Of a DNA stretch of 64,000 nt, positions 1-12,340 are shown piece by piece (position 1 is the first letter of the stretch; each line of letters opens with the position of its first letter). Source of the stretch: an uncultured Nitrososphaeraceae archaeon (lineage in GTDB: Archaea > Thermoproteota > Nitrososphaeria > Nitrososphaerales > Nitrososphaeraceae); assembly GCA_963825865.1 (NCBI GenBank), contig CAWGVG010000062.1, positions 164,940-228,939 of the forward strand, read 5' to 3'. The notes under the pieces are model-generated. The model saw nothing but the letters and a program-made list of their open reading frames with translations. It was not told where the DNA came from and searched no databases. A program made the translations under genes and the position numbers.

Positions 1-492
1 TAAAATCAAGTCTCTTTTTAAGTCGTCAGCTGGTCACAAGCTATTTCCAAAGTTCATCTCTCCTGAGTTTAGCTATGTATACACGTTCTTGATATGAGAT
101 CGACATCTGATAGCCCTGTTGTCAACTGACAGTAACATAAGACCAGCCATGGCAAGGGACCACAAGACAAGGATGAAAACTCTTATAGGATAAATATTAT
201 ATATATAGTGGACATTATTCTATAGTACAATCCTTTTCCCTAATTAGTTCATGTTGGAAATACTTTTTGTTGTCTGAGTAGTATATTGAAGTCAATAAAT
301 CTCTACAAAGGGAGAAATGGAAAATGCACGAGTATCTTAGAAACTCATTAATATCAAAATATGAAGAGTGTAAGTTCTGTAAAAATAGGAGCCAATTTAC
401 ATGCATAAAGTGTAACTCTTGTTGGAGTTGCCATTGGAAGACAGAGCAATTAGAGAAAATTCCAAAAATCCTACTAATGGAGGCATAATGAC

Positions 493-1296
493 ATGGCTAC
501 ATGGTGGCGGCGATACTATTACTTCCATTGTGGCGATCAGGATAATTCACTTTTGAAAAATGGGTATGATAATGTTCTATCTCTTGAAGAAATTCTGATA
601 TATTGTCTGGATATACTAAAAATCAAGGATGATGAATCTGAAATCCGTAGAAATACTATTGAATATATTAAAAAAATTCCTATAGAAAATGTAAAGTCTT
701 ATAACGAATGGCTCACAGCTACCAAGATAATTGCTGATATTTACGCAATCTCTAACCAAGGCTGTAATGGTAACTACATCTTTTTTTCTCAGTCACAGGT
801 ATCCGACTTTCTTACTTTAGCTACAAAAGGCATTGTTGAAAAAGAGTTTAGCACAAGAAAAAAAAGTATAATATTTAATATCTTTAGAGACATTATAGAA
901 AACTATCAGAACTTCGATTGTATCTTAAAGTCAAACTACCCCCAAATAATAGTTGATGTTATGTTAATCCTTCATACAGGAAGTGACGCTGCTGGTAAAA
1001 AGATAAGTGTTCTAGGGATAGATGAATACTATAAATTAAGAAAATCAAGAGCTTCAGAGGAAACATTGGCTGCCAGAGCCGTGGATATGCATACAACAAC
1101 AAGAACAATAACTACTACTCGAGCAGAGCATCTCAAAAAAGACCACCAGATACAAGAACAGCTGATTCAACTCCTTATCCAGATAACGGGAAGGAGAAGT
1201 AAGGAATTAGAGGCATCGTTAACAATATTGCTCAATTCAGATATTAAGAAGATAAGTGATCTTTGTGCTAACTATAACAAGATAAAAATATTGTAA
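493..1296 (+). CDS. Hypothetical protein; a possibly frameshifted continuation to ~1550 carries an HD-like 'PHDTHGINHIKH' motif
   Basis: 267-aa ORF; the downstream frame encodes a His-rich motif reminiscent of HD-domain N-termini. Confidence 0.45.
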   Translation: MATWWRRYYYFHCGDQDNSLLKNGYDNVLSLEEILIYCLDILKIKDDESEIRRNTIEYIKKIPIENVKSYNEWLTATKIIADIYAISNQGCNGNYIFFSQSQVSDFLTLATKGIVEKEFSTRKKSIIFNIFRDIIENYQNFDCILKSNYPQIIVDVMLILHTGSDAAGKKISVLGIDEYYKLRKSRASEETLAARAVDMHTTTRTITTTRAEHLKKDHQIQEQLIQLLIQITGRRSKELEASLTILLNSDIKKISDLCANYNKIKIL

Positions 1297-1625
1297 GCTG
1301 CTATGCTCAAAAGAAGGATTTAGAAATGAACTTGAAAGAGAAATTGGTAGAAAACTTACCGATAATCAAGTTCAGAGCGCTGCAATATCTATAAGAAAGG
1401 TAAGGAAATACATTGAAAATCTTCTCGATGGTACATTTATTCCTCATGATACACACGGTATAAACCACATCAAACACAATCTTGAATATGGATATCAGGT
1501 TATGGATTTAATTGGGCGTAAGGGAAAGGGAATCTTCTCCTCGCACTAACATCCAAGAAACTCTTTGCATCTATATAGAGTTTAATATAGAGATGCTAAC
1601 TATTCAACAGTAAATCTCTATATGA

Positions 1626-2024
1626 TCATCTGTCTTCTGCTTTAATGTTACTTCCATCTCCTAATTTTGTTTTTTTCTGTAATAATGCTTTATCTTTTAG
1701 CAGCTCCGCCATTGTTATAGCGTTTGGTTGTTCTTGATGTTCTTTCCTACTTTCATTTTCTTCTTTTACTGGATTTTCTGTTGGTATTGGTCCTTCCGAA
1801 TTCTCTTTTCTTCCTTGCTCTGTCGTTTGTTTAACTAATTCAACCTTTACCGTATCTACAGTTATTATAAAATCCTGACCACAATGTTTTGCTGCATATT
1901 TTGGTGAGTTAATATCATTAAATTCAGCCTTCCATTCTAATTGTGCTCCGCATTTATTACATTGAGAATCGGTCAGAGCATAGTGCAGTCGTGAAACTAT
2001 ACCGTTTTCTTGTACTTGTGGCAT
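1626..2024 (-). CDS. Hypothetical protein with a CxxC...HC putative Zn-binding motif
   Basis: 132-aa ORF with CNKC and KHCG motifs. Confidence 0.55.
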   Translation of the reverse strand: MPQVQENGIVSRLHYALTDSQCNKCGAQLEWKAEFNDINSPKYAAKHCGQDFIITVDTVKVELVKQTTEQGRKENSEGPIPTENPVKEENESRKEHQEQPNAITMAELLKDKALLQKKTKLGDGSNIKAEDR

Positions 2025-2297
2025 TTCTATCTACAACTATTATGCATTATAGTTTATGTAGAGATGTTTTTTAAGCATATAAAGAAAACTATCAACAACC
2101 TATATTACTTGCTATATGTTTGAACAATGGGCAGCAACTACAAAAGAAGAAGCATTTAGTTCAGAATTAGTAATAATGGTAAATACTTGATTCACGATTA
2201 TAGGTTCTTTTATTACATAAGAAAGCTCCATCCGATATCTAACACAATGTTCTGATATTAGTATCGAAGTTCAATTAGGGTTTTTTGTATTCCTATT

Positions 2298-2522
2298 TTA
2301 TCCATTATTGCCCTCACCGTCACCACCGTACAATATCTCCTTTGATGTCTCATTATCGCTTGGAATTTGTTCTTTCTTTACCTTTGGTAATGATTCTAAT
2401 GCTTCATTTTTAGTATCTTCCATGTCTTCCATTATATTCTTGAAACTACTTTTTTTATAGTCGTTTGGATTATTGATTTTATTTGTCTTTTTAGTCATAG
2501 GAGGTGATGCTCTTTCTGCCAA
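2298..2522 (-). CDS. Small hypothetical protein
   Basis: 74-aa charged ORF. Confidence 0.4.
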   Translation of the reverse strand: MAERASPPMTKKTNKINNPNDYKKSSFKNIMEDMEDTKNEALESLPKVKKEQIPSDNETSKEILYGGDGEGNNG

Positions 2523-2748
2523 TACTATGATTAGTAGTTAACATAATATTTCTAACTAGCTGTACAGGTCGCAGGCAGGGGGCACTCAGCAATAGTTGAT
2601 CCATTCAGTGGTATAGGTTTTACTGCTGTTGCCAAACCAGAGCACCATCTTGAATTCGAATAATAATTAGACATATCAATGGTAAATTTGCTGAAACGCC
2701 AAGAAAAGAAATAAACTGAATGAAATCTGGTGTTATAATAAATAAATT

Positions 2749-3444
2749 ATGGCAAACCTTTTTGGAAAAAATGTTATATACCAAGCAGTTAGAAAGGTGT
2801 TTACATTGTTAAAGCGTTGTAAAAGGAATAGGCCCATCTTATCTTTATTGACAATAGCAATTATGACAGTCATGCTATTGTTTTTATCAACTTTACCAAA
2901 ACAATCAGCGGCATTAGATACTAGTACAATATTATCTAATTCTCAAAGTAGTCCTGCAAAAACAACAACCAATAACACTAATTTTGTAACATATCAAAAT
3001 TCTACCTCTGGAATAAAAATACAGTATCCATCCGATTGGCTGAAAGAGGCAGCAGCTGGTACCGGTGTTACTTTCGTTCTGCCCGCCGGCAATAATAACA
3101 ATCCAGAACAATTCCTGGCTAAACTTAATACAACTACTATTGCTGGTTTTCCTCCAAATGTACCACTCAAAGGAATGGCAGACGGCGTTCTTAATGGTTA
3201 TAAACACTTCCTTCCAAATTTTCAACTTGAAACGTATACAAATACAACCCTTGGAGGCAATCCAGCAGTAAGAATAGTATATATGTTTACAGACTCCAGA
3301 CATGGTGACTTCAAGGCAAGTGATACTGCAACGATAAAGGACAATAGATTATATGTAATTCAGTACTATATACAATCACCAAAATACCAAAATTACTTAC
3401 CAATACTTCAAAAGATGATTGATTCGTTTGAGATAACAAAATAG
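2749..3444 (+). CDS. PsbP-related exported protein
   Basis: Signal/TM segment followed by 'FVTYQNSTSGIKIQYPSDW', 'TTLGGNPA' and 'YLPILQKMIDSFEI', typical of thaumarchaeal PsbP-like proteins. Confidence 0.8.
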   Translation: MANLFGKNVIYQAVRKVFTLLKRCKRNRPILSLLTIAIMTVMLLFLSTLPKQSAALDTSTILSNSQSSPAKTTTNNTNFVTYQNSTSGIKIQYPSDWLKEAAAGTGVTFVLPAGNNNNPEQFLAKLNTTTIAGFPPNVPLKGMADGVLNGYKHFLPNFQLETYTNTTLGGNPAVRIVYMFTDSRHGDFKASDTATIKDNRLYVIQYYIQSPKYQNYLPILQKMIDSFEITK

Positions 3445-3774
3445 TGGCAGGCCTGTTAGAATTAAATCAGCAGGCTCCAAATAATATCATGTAAAAATGA
3501 GTGTATGTATTACGTCTCTATTCTGGATTCAAACTTAAATATCCTAGTTGCAGGTGGCTCTAAGGGCTCTAATATTCTTATTATAGTAGAATGATCTACA
3601 ATACTAATAGAGAGTTTTATTAGAAATAAACCATTACAAGCTTCAGTACAAAGGTAGCTAAATCATAAATATGCTCAGATTTTTATGTTTGCGTGTCATT
3701 GATCAGTAAAAAAGAACATAGTTTCCTAAAGAAAATTTGTTTGACTGCACTATCTGTAGACAAGAGCTTGAAGT

Positions 3775-4173
3775 TTGGCAGGAGCAGTGGACAATAATGG
3801 AAAATTGCTTGCTGGAGAATGCAACAATAAGCATAGATTTTTTAAAAATAACAATACTCTGATTAAATCAAGCATTTTTTATTTACATTATTTGATTCCA
3901 ACGATAAGAAAGCAGCAGAAAGATAGGACAGAATATTGTTTTCATGACCATGTTCACAATAATAATAACAACAACATTTTTCATTTTAACCTATCAGACA
4001 TTGACAATAATGTATACCTAGTAATAACGCCGCTAACAGAACAAGGAGATAGATACTTGTGTATTTACTTAGAATCATATTCAATATCATCATCGTCGTC
4101 ATCAAAAGTGGCTTCGTCTCCCCAACAAATAATTTTAAAGATAAGCGCGAGCTCTCTGTTAGATGTAAAATAG
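3775..4173 (+). CDS. Hypothetical protein, possibly a degenerate Roadblock/profilin-like fold
   Basis: 'AGAVDNNGKLLAG' N-terminal motif. Confidence 0.35.
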   Translation: MAGAVDNNGKLLAGECNNKHRFFKNNNTLIKSSIFYLHYLIPTIRKQQKDRTEYCFHDHVHNNNNNNIFHFNLSDIDNNVYLVITPLTEQGDRYLCIYLESYSISSSSSSKVASSPQQIILKISASSLLDVK

Positions 4174-4790
4174 GTGCATTGTAAAATACTATAAAAAATC
4201 AGAAAGCGTTCGCTGTATGAACGCTTATTGGCAGTGGCTTGATGTCTATAAATCTTGAATACTATTTCATTTGTTGTTGTTGTTTTTGCTGTACTTGTTG
4301 TACATCAGATCGCATCTAGAAAATTTGTATTCACATCAAATTTCTGCCACAACTTCATTTCGTTGTAAATGGCCAATTTAAAATTGGTTAAACTGAATTT
4401 AATTGCTTATACCTAAATACTGCTGATTGATCCCTACTGCTGGAAACTACAGCTGATTGATCTCTAACAAATTTGATCTGACCACCAAAGATGCCAGTTT
4501 AATTTGGAAGGTTGAGTCTAGTAGTTAGCTTTCCTTTACTTGCATAATAATAGTGACTTCAAGGTTTGGTTTGTAAATTGTGGTTGTTGTTTTCGAGGTG
4601 TTTAGACGTAGGGGTAGCTGGCCTAAATTATGATACTAACTTATCTGTCCAGCACGTGTTCTATTTCCATGGCTAATGGTGGAGAACAATAATCCTCCTC
4701 TACCCATAACGCATATCCATCTTCGTTATCCATTCTTGCATTCTCCTGCAGTGTTTCTCCAAATGGCCTACGCTTTGATATTCTTTACAA

Positions 4791-5417
4791 CTACAATTTG
4801 GAAAGATGAGGAATATGTTTCATGTATATTATAATGCCAACTGGCAATATTAAAGCCCAGAATAACTGGGCTATTTGGATATTAATAAATGAAATTCCAA
4901 TTGAGATGAGGAAAATAACAGGAGAAGCAAGACTCCTTAAAAGAAAATATTTTACTACATCTGGATGTATATTTTTATCTACTAGATGTCTATTGCGTGT
5001 AGCATACCACCATATTATACATAACATAATGCCAGTGGCGGCCATAACACTAGCAAAGGTTATTACAACTATTTCATGGGTACCATACGTAGTAAGAAGA
5101 CCAGTAAAATATGCTGTTAGTGAGATAAAGAGCAAGAATAGCAAGTTTAACCACACCAAAGTAACGTTAGTATGCCTTATATGTTCAAAAATTCTATGGT
5201 AGCTAATCCAGTAGGTTCCGACTACCAGGAAGCTGATTATGTAATGAATTATGCTAGGTACTAGTATTTGAGATAACCTTCTTGTTAGCTCAGGCTCTAT
5301 GATGTCGCCAGGGAAATTTGGCAGCTGAATTGATAAGGCCATAAAAGTGATAGAAAATGCAAAAAGAGCATCGCTAAATGAAATCACATACTCTACTTTG
5401 ATTTCATTCAAATTCAT
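4791..5417 (-). CDS. TMEM175-family (DUF1211) potassium channel
   Basis: 'FSDALFAFSIT' signature, 'YWISYHRIF', about six TM helices. Confidence 0.85.
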   Translation of the reverse strand: MNLNEIKVEYVISFSDALFAFSITFMALSIQLPNFPGDIIEPELTRRLSQILVPSIIHYIISFLVVGTYWISYHRIFEHIRHTNVTLVWLNLLFLLFISLTAYFTGLLTTYGTHEIVVITFASVMAATGIMLCIIWWYATRNRHLVDKNIHPDVVKYFLLRSLASPVIFLISIGISFINIQIAQLFWALILPVGIIIYMKHIPHLSKL

Positions 5418-6129
5418 TGTTCAGCACGCTCAAATACCTTAGCATTGATTGACGTGACCACTTGGCTGTTCTTGTGTGGCGTCTCGTAGAATAGTTAACC
5501 AATACTATATACCAAAGCGTTGACGTCGATAAATAAGCTATGACTAAAATTTGCAGCTATAGCGGTGATGAAAGCTGCGGTTCTTAACGCGAAGAGGATG
5601 TTATCTAATCCACGGCTGGCAGCAACAACAACAACAACAAACCAGACTTTTTGATATTTGCAGACAGCATGGGCTTGAAGATATAAGAACTAAAGGATAC
5701 TGCTGCTTTAATCACATTTGTGGACTCCCTGCAAAACAAGGACTAGAAAAACCAAGTTCATTTTATTAGACGAAGGCTCAAACGTAAAGGTCAATGCATT
5801 CATGACCTTATCTATCATTTAAACAAGGTCAAATGATATATTCATCAATCATATTTATTTCATCTAGATTTTGCAATCATCTAAGCAATTTAAAATGATA
5901 ATAGCAAATTAATAATACAAATTAGCAATATTTGTAGCAATATTTTAATACAACAAATTAGTACATTTGATAGTAACATTGGTTCAGTTTAGAGTTGATC
6001 AGCTCACAAAAATGCCATTATACTGCTGCCCTAATTGTAAGTCACCTGGCTCGCTTAAAACTAGAAAGACATAGCTTAGATAATACTCACTCTATTCAAT
6101 TGTGGAGTTGTAATAGTTGTCATTTTAAC

Positions 6130-6252
6130 TTGGCTCGAATCGATGCGTAAGGATATTGAGAAAGTTCTACCTCCGGTACATTTACCTACGAAAGAAAAAG
6201 AGCAACAAGTGTTAAACAGAGGACAACAACAAGCTGATAACAAAGGGAATTA
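6130..6252 (+). pseudogene. C-terminal remnant of a ring-cleaving dioxygenase/glyoxalase (MhqO/MhqA-like)
   Basis: Translates as WLESMRKDIEKVLPPVHLP directly upstream of the esterase, the usual gene pairing. Confidence 0.4.
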
Positions 6253-6259
6253 AAACAAA

Positions 6260-6884
6260 ATGCAAAAGAAAAACCAACTTGGTTTCATACATCGCTTTAT
6301 ACCTTCAAAAAATAAAAAAAACGGAGCAAGAATAAGAACAAGTGAACAAGGATCAAAAGTGTTTACCACTCTGCTTTTGCTTCATGGTACTGGAGGAAAT
6401 GAAGACGATCTAATCCCACTGGCTAACGAGCTGAGATTAGAAAGCAGCAATACTTAGTCCTAGAGGCAAAGTCTTGGAGAATGGGATGCCACGATTCTTT
6501 CGCAGACTAGCAGAGGGAGTATTCGATATAGAAGATTTGAAATTTCGAACAAATGAATTAGCAGATTTTGTAAAGGATGCCTCAAAAGCTTATGACTTTG
6601 ATCTGCAGCGCACAATAGCTATAGGTTATTCTAATGGTGCAAATATAGTAGCAGCCAGTATGTTATTGCTTCGTCCAGAAATACTCTCTGCAGCTATCCT
6701 TTTTCGTGCTATGGTTCCACTTGTGCCAGATATATTACCAGATCTTAGTAACAAACATATTTTCATGTCTTCCGGCCTACATGATCCAATAGTTCCAAAG
6801 CAAGAGGCAGAGGGGCTTTTTGGTTTATTCAAGAATGCAGGTGCACATGCCAAATGGGATCGACATTCATTGGAGCGTCAGTAA
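6260..6884 (+). pseudogene. Alpha/beta hydrolase (phospholipase/carboxylesterase, MhqD-like), frameshifted and 3'-truncated
   Basis: LLLLHGTGGNE, SPRGKVLENGMPRFFRR, GYSNGAN nucleophile motif and SGLHDPIVP; split across ORFs 6260-6457 and 6474-6884. Confidence 0.8.
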
Positions 6885-7410
6885 AGTGGAATATCGATAT
6901 CAACCATTCTTGCAATTGTTCTATCTTTAAATGGCCTATTATTTTATATTCAAAACATACCAAAAAAGATCTCAGGTAGATATTGGTTCATGCACTATCA
7001 TACCATCCATACTTTAGTACTATATCTTTACTCATCTGACTCACTCGATCCCCTCGAACGTAACTCAGTTTTATGTCCCGATACATCTGTTAGAATTTTA
7101 ACTATTACTCCAAGGCCACCAAAAATTATAGAACAATTTACGTTTAAATTATCTAGACCTTGTCTTTCAAAAACAGCTGCTCTCATGTATTATTATTATT
7201 CTTCCTCTTACATAGTATTAAAGAAGATGATTGTTTTAAATGGATGGATTGCGCGGATTGCGTGAATTCTTCAACTTCTTAAGATATTTCCTCTTTTGAG
7301 AAACAGATGCAAACTGCAGTGTTCACGCCAGCAACAATAACTTTGGATCTACCAGTCCTTTTGATTGAAGAGGTGATCCGAGGTTCATCAAAGGGGTTTA
7401 CTGTTGTTCG

Positions 7411-8511
7411 GGGGTTGTTGCCTAATTCGTTTTAATCGACTGTAAATATGATTTCACGCTTCTCAATTTAGCTTAGAATGGATATGCACCCCCCTTATTG
7501 GCTGCCAAGCACAAGAGGAAAGATGGTTACTGGTTGTATTACCATCTAGCACATACCCTGGAACGTGACATGATTATCAAAAATATAGTTTCTCTGGTCA
7601 AAGAAAATCCTCCTGCTCGTCCAAAGAAGAAGAGTAATAGAGGAAGGAAACCGGTTCATTCTTGGGAAAAACTTGTCTGTATCTGTATATTGATGGTTGT
7701 TTTTGGTTCAACTTACAGAGATGTACAGAATACAGCACCTTCTCTTAATTTGCCATGGAATAACGAACCGTATCCAGATCACACATGGATATCACGTACA
7801 TTTAAGAAAATACCATTGCAGTACCCTTGAAGAAACGTTAACTAGGTCTGCATATCTGTGTCTAAATGAATCTGGGTGGAAGAAAGGGATTCTTGCATCA
7901 GATAGTACAGGTGTAGAGACAGACAGGTATGAATATGAAGTGAGACCTGTGAAAAGCAAGAAGAAATTTGAAAAAATAATGGTAAAACAGTATCTGAAAT
8001 GGCATGTCACAGCGATAATTGACCATCTAATAATACTCAATACACGGGTTACAAACAAGAAAACTCACGATTCTCCAGTACTCCGAACAATGTTGAATAG
8101 GTTGAAGAAATGTGGAGTAGATCTTGTGGGCTCGATATTCAACGCTGACAGAGGGTACGATGGTGACAAAAACTTTCAGTCAATATTCGGTATGGAAATG
8201 CTTCCAAATATCAAGCAGAGAATAAACGCCAGGAACAAAGGTAAGAACAGGAAGTACAGGAAGAAGGCTTCGAAGATATTCAACATATCACTATATCATT
8301 ACAGAGGGTTGATAGAAGGAATATTTGGAGCAGAAGAAACAGAACACCATCATCAGCTATACTGCAGATTCAGATTAAAGAACAACCAGAAAAGATTTGG
8401 ATTAATCAAGGCCTTAGGGTGGAACTTGGAAGTGCTCAACAGATTACAATGTGCAAACAAACTTGCAATAAATGTGACACAGTATGCGATACCGAATTAG
8501 ACAACAACCCC
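7411..8511 (+). mobile_element. IS5-like insertion sequence with 19-bp TIRs and a 9-bp target duplication
   Basis: Left TIR GGGGTTGTTGCCTAATTCG (7411-7429), right TIR CGAATTAGACAACAACCCC (8493-8511); TSD TGTTGTTCG at 7402-7410 and 8512-8520. Confidence 0.9.
7498..8500 (+). CDS. DDE transposase (DDE_Tnp_1-like), split by one frameshift near 7826
   Basis: PDHTWISR HTH region; ASDSTG, ADRGYD and YHYRGLIEGIFG catalytic motifs. Confidence 0.85.
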
Positions 8512-8768
8512 TGTTGTTCGATCAATTATTTCTAGGTCTTTCAAGAGCTCGGCTAACTCTGGAAAGATGGGTCCAAACATTCCGTTTGACATCGTAGTAG
8601 TTGCCACTATTGGCACACCAAGAATCTTGGACGCACGGGTGAGTCCAACTGCGTTCTTTCGGAGGTCTTGCGGTTCTGGGTACCGCGAACCAGCAATCAG
8701 ACCAACCTGATGGTCGACGAGAAGCAACACCGCGTTAGCTCTAGTTAACCTGTCGTACGTTGGATGTG

Positions 8769-9035
8769 TCAATTCACAAAAACCTCCAACTTTGTTTGGC
8801 GGCGGATTAACCTCCAGTCAGGTACAATTGTTTCATCTTTTGTTCTCTTTTCATAGTCTGTAATGATTGATCTCCCTGTCGTATATGCCTCTACTATTTC
8901 TTGTATAGCGTCTCGTTTACCTCTGCCAGCACCATTTACTTCATAGAAGCTTATACCGCCAGCATTATGTTTCCGTGGAATTTCAGTCACTTGTGTAAGA
9001 TCATCTGTCCGAATAAATACGGATATTTCCTTCAT
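8769..9035 (-). CDS. P-II family nitrogen regulatory protein (C-terminally aberrant)
   Basis: MKEISVFIR...GGISFYEVNGAGR...RTKDETIVPD matches the P-II pattern. Confidence 0.75.
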   Translation of the reverse strand: MKEISVFIRTDDLTQVTEIPRKHNAGGISFYEVNGAGRGKRDAIQEIVEAYTTGRSIITDYEKRTKDETIVPDWRLIRRQTKLEVFVN

Positions 9036-9145
9036 ACTTAGTTATAAAGATAAGATTGATTTATGCATAGTGTAAGTCGAGCTATATTTGTGGTATAGTT
9101 TTAGTAATATTTGTCTGATTTTTATTGTACGGCTATAAAAAACAG

Positions 9146-9800
9146 CTAGTCTTTTGTTGTTGTGCCTGCAACGGCCGACGAGGAGAGATACTTTTGACTA
9201 CTTGTTATTCTTTTGTTAATCTCGCTCTTTAACAAGTCCTGATTAATTGTAACACTAGATCTTATAAACCACCCGACTTTTTTAACTCCATCATAAGATT
9301 CTAATCTTCTTAATATTAACTTGGCTGTAGAAATGTTTGCACAAAAAAAATACTGCGACAATAACTTCTTTGTGATACCAATCTGGAATAAAAATCAAGT
9401 ATTCTTCCAATTCACGGTATATTTTTTCAAGTATGCTCTGGTGTCTAGGTATTTCAACATTAATCAATACATCAAATTCCATATAGCCGGTTAATCGTGT
9501 GGAGGATAGGTTTCTTGAAATAGTAAATAGTAAAACACGGTTTTCTCTCATCTTTTCTATTCTTCTGGCCACGGTTCTAGGCGAGAGCGAAGTTTCTTTA
9601 GCAATATTCTCAAGTGGCATTCTCGCATCTGATAGCAAACATTTCATAATCTCTAGATCGGAATTATGAATTTTCATGGTTGTTGGTGGTCTAAAGGCCG
9701 CAAAGAAAATTTCTACCGTTGCTGCTTTTAGTAAATCAGTCATTGTCTCTATCTTATCTTGTGCTATATCCTTAACATATAGTCCGAATATATAAGATCC
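9146..9800 (-). pseudogene. Lrp/AsnC-family transcriptional regulator (tandem type), frameshifted and 5'-truncated
   Basis: 'DLEIMKCLLSDARMPLENIAKETSLSPRTVARRIEKM' AsnC-type HTH. Confidence 0.75.
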
Positions 9801-10048
9801 TCGGGTTACGATGATAACAAACCAGTACTGACAATTATGAATGTAAAGGATTATTAATGCTAGTACTACTAATTATATTTAGTCACCCATTTATGAAGGT
9901 ATGTATATATTCTTAATTTTCAAAGGATACTAGTAATACTAAAAGATCGAACAGCTTCTTCTTTGACTAATCAAATAAAGATATCTAATATAGTAAGGAA
10001 ATAACTACTACCTACTATAAGCCTTGTAAGATAAGAGATCTTGATATT

Positions 10049-10390
10049 ATGGTGACTGTTCAGCCAACAGATACTGTTAGCATAGTAATAGGATGCTCTT
10101 TTTGTCCTGTTGCGGTAGATATCCATGGAGTTGTCAGGCTTTCAGAAGCTCTTGCAGTTATACGAGAACGTCTTTCCAAGTTAATGGAGGAATGTAATAA
10201 TGATAATGGTAAAGCAAGTCCTTCTATACCAGATCACATAACTTGGACTGTCATAATGTGGCATTTCGGTGCTGACGCTTTAATAACTTATGAAGGGGAA
10301 AGATTTTACACAAGTTGGGGAGTTGGGCAGCATGCCTTGATCACTGCATACTCTAAAGATTGGAAAGATAGTAAGAGGATCAGAGAACCA
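10049..10390 (+). pseudogene. Fragment of a mobile-element-associated hypothetical protein (paralog of 61335-61811)
   Basis: Shared motifs 'IGCSFCPVAVD', 'WTVIMWHFGADA', 'YEGERF'. Confidence 0.6.
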
Positions 10391-10520
10391 ACTTACTGCT
10401 TCTGGATAAAGTTCATTATTTCCATAAACCACTTTATAATAAAATTTTAGAATGCGTCTGAATTTTTCATGTGTTGATGCTTTATAGTTCTTGTCATCCA
10501 TCCATTTCAATAATGACCAT
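10380..10520 (-). pseudogene. Remnant of a tyrosine-integrase N-terminal domain
   Basis: 'YKASTHEKFRRILKFYYKVVYGNNELYPEAVSWF' resembles the core-binding domain of archaeal integrases. Confidence 0.5.
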
Positions 10521-10781
10521 TCAAACCTTGAAGAATCTTTTTACGTTATCTGGCATTCTTTCTCTTACGTATTGTAGACCGTTTTCTAACTGTGTAGCGA
10601 CCTCACAAGGATAGACTATTTTCTTAATTGAACTAATTCCTATTATATTAATTTTTTCTTGAGTAAAAAATGGATTCGTAGTCTGTACATCGACATCTAC
10701 TATTTTGACTAAACACAAGATTGATTCAATTGAAATCTTATACTCTTTGATGATCCTTGTTATTGTTGCTGCTAGTAGCTT

Positions 10782-11582
10782 CTAATCATAGTTAATTATA
10801 GTAGTTAATGCAAATAATAGCGACAAGTGTTCACTCAGACCCAACAAACTAAAAATTGCCGTAAGCCGCAAGATCCAGTCTATTATATATTGGCATGACC
10901 TACTAATGAAGCAATGTCCCAAATTGAAATGAATAAGGCAGTTATTCAACGCTATTTTGACGTATACAATAGATCTCTTGTGTAATAAAAATTTCTCAAG
11001 TATGCCATAATGCTTTAACTGATTATAAATAAGGTGTATGGCTTCAGGGTTTGATATTACCTTATTTAAAGTCTCTAAATCCTTTGTTATTTTGTAAATC
11101 GAATAATATCCTTCTCTCTTAGACTTTTTATATCCTTCACCTTTTCTTAGCTTCGGAAGCGCCTGTGGTGCTAGTTGTTTAATTTTGTCTTTTCCTCTTA
11201 TGTTGTCAACCTTTGCTAAATTTTGAAGTACCTCTGTCATCTCCCATGATTTTAAATAAGTCGAAGTCTCTCTTGCTAAATTCAAGGTTGCATTGGTAAC
11301 TTCATTAATATCATACGGAAGCTCTTTTCCAAGTTTCTCGTTCTCGTCTTTAGGATAGAGCACTTGGTCAGGCATCATTCTTGTTGCATTTAATACATAA
11401 TGAGTAAGGGCAAAATTCTTTTTTGAGTCTGAGAATTTTAGAATTTCATCAGCATATTCTTTTGGATTATTATAAGTCATTACAAAGTGGTAAGTTTTTG
11501 CTACACAAATAGTAATAATCTCATTTACAATCTTCATTTCATCATTTGTTAGATGAGCGTGGTTTTTGGCGATTTTAGGCAT
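10782..11582 (-). CDS. Hypothetical (possibly wHTH) protein divergent from a replication module; paralog of 43928-44179
   Basis: N-termini align (LTNDEMKIV...YNNPKEYA vs LTDEDKELV...YSNPKKYA). Confidence 0.55.
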   Translation of the reverse strand: MPKIAKNHAHLTNDEMKIVNEIITICVAKTYHFVMTYNNPKEYADEILKFSDSKKNFALTHYVLNATRMMPDQVLYPKDENEKLGKELPYDINEVTNATLNLARETSTYLKSWEMTEVLQNLAKVDNIRGKDKIKQLAPQALPKLRKGEGYKKSKREGYYSIYKITKDLETLNKVISNPEAIHLIYNQLKHYGILEKFLLHKRSIVYVKIALNNCLIHFNLGHCFISRSCQYIIDWILRLTAIFSLLGLSEHLSLLFALTTIINYD

Positions 11583-11803
11583 AAAACAGCTAAAAACATT
11601 GACGTGTTATTAATGTGCTCCCTGTGTTTATATGAATAAAAGACACATGTTTCAATTAGAGACAATATATATACACGACTACAAAATCATGGCAAATTTT
11701 GTGAATCGTTTAGCGACCTTCTTTCTAGAATCTTGGACTTTTATGAAATTAGTCGTGGGCACAAATATCCAACAAAGGATAATAATGGAGGTCTATCCAA
11801 AAG

Positions 11804-12228
11804 TTGACTACCATTATTTCTGATTTTCTTAGCAGAGATTGCAAAATGAATAATCATGAGGATTGCCATGGCCAATGGTCTGGACTAGGATTTAAAATTA
11901 TTTGTAATTGCAACAAATGTGACCATAATAAAAAACAAGGGGCGTTAGCAGGTTTGCGACCAGAAACTAACGCCTTCCAAAGAATCCTATCAAATTCCAA
12001 GGAGACAATCCCAAGAATATGACTACCAATACATACTCTGAAGGTAAAGATAAGCCTTTTGATGTTATCTACAACTCGGGGCTAGAGCGATATTTTCCAG
12101 TCAATGTGTACAATGTACAATGTTGCCAGAATTGTGGCTATGAATTTTGCATTTGCAAATACATTGTAGGATTGGACCCTGAGACCGGATATTGGATTGT
12201 TTACGACCAAGGTGAAATATTGATTTGA
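11804..12228 (+). CDS. Two small Cys-rich (Zn-binding) ORFs, 11804-12022 and 12019-12228
   Basis: C/H-rich motifs; overlapping ATGA stop/start. Confidence 0.55.
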
Positions 12229-12340
12229 CAGAAGATACGCCCACTTCCATACCAGTCAATGACAAGTTAAAGGACCTTGGAGTTACCAAATTTGCAAGCA
12301 ATTCAACGTAATAGATATTGCCTTCAAGGAAGGGCAGACG

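Larger units (their letters stand above)
7280..8772 (-). pseudogene. Isochorismatase-family (YcaC-like) hydrolase interrupted by an IS and truncated
   Basis: LLLVDHQVGL...IIDRTT (8772-8512) continues beyond the IS as VNPFDEPRITSSIKRTGRSKVIVAGVNTAVCI. Confidence 0.8.

Noticed and set aside
2932-5202. Antisense or alternative-frame ORFs overlapping the PsbP-like and TMEM175 genes (and similar ones elsewhere)
   Set aside because: They overlap well-supported genes and have no motifs of their own.
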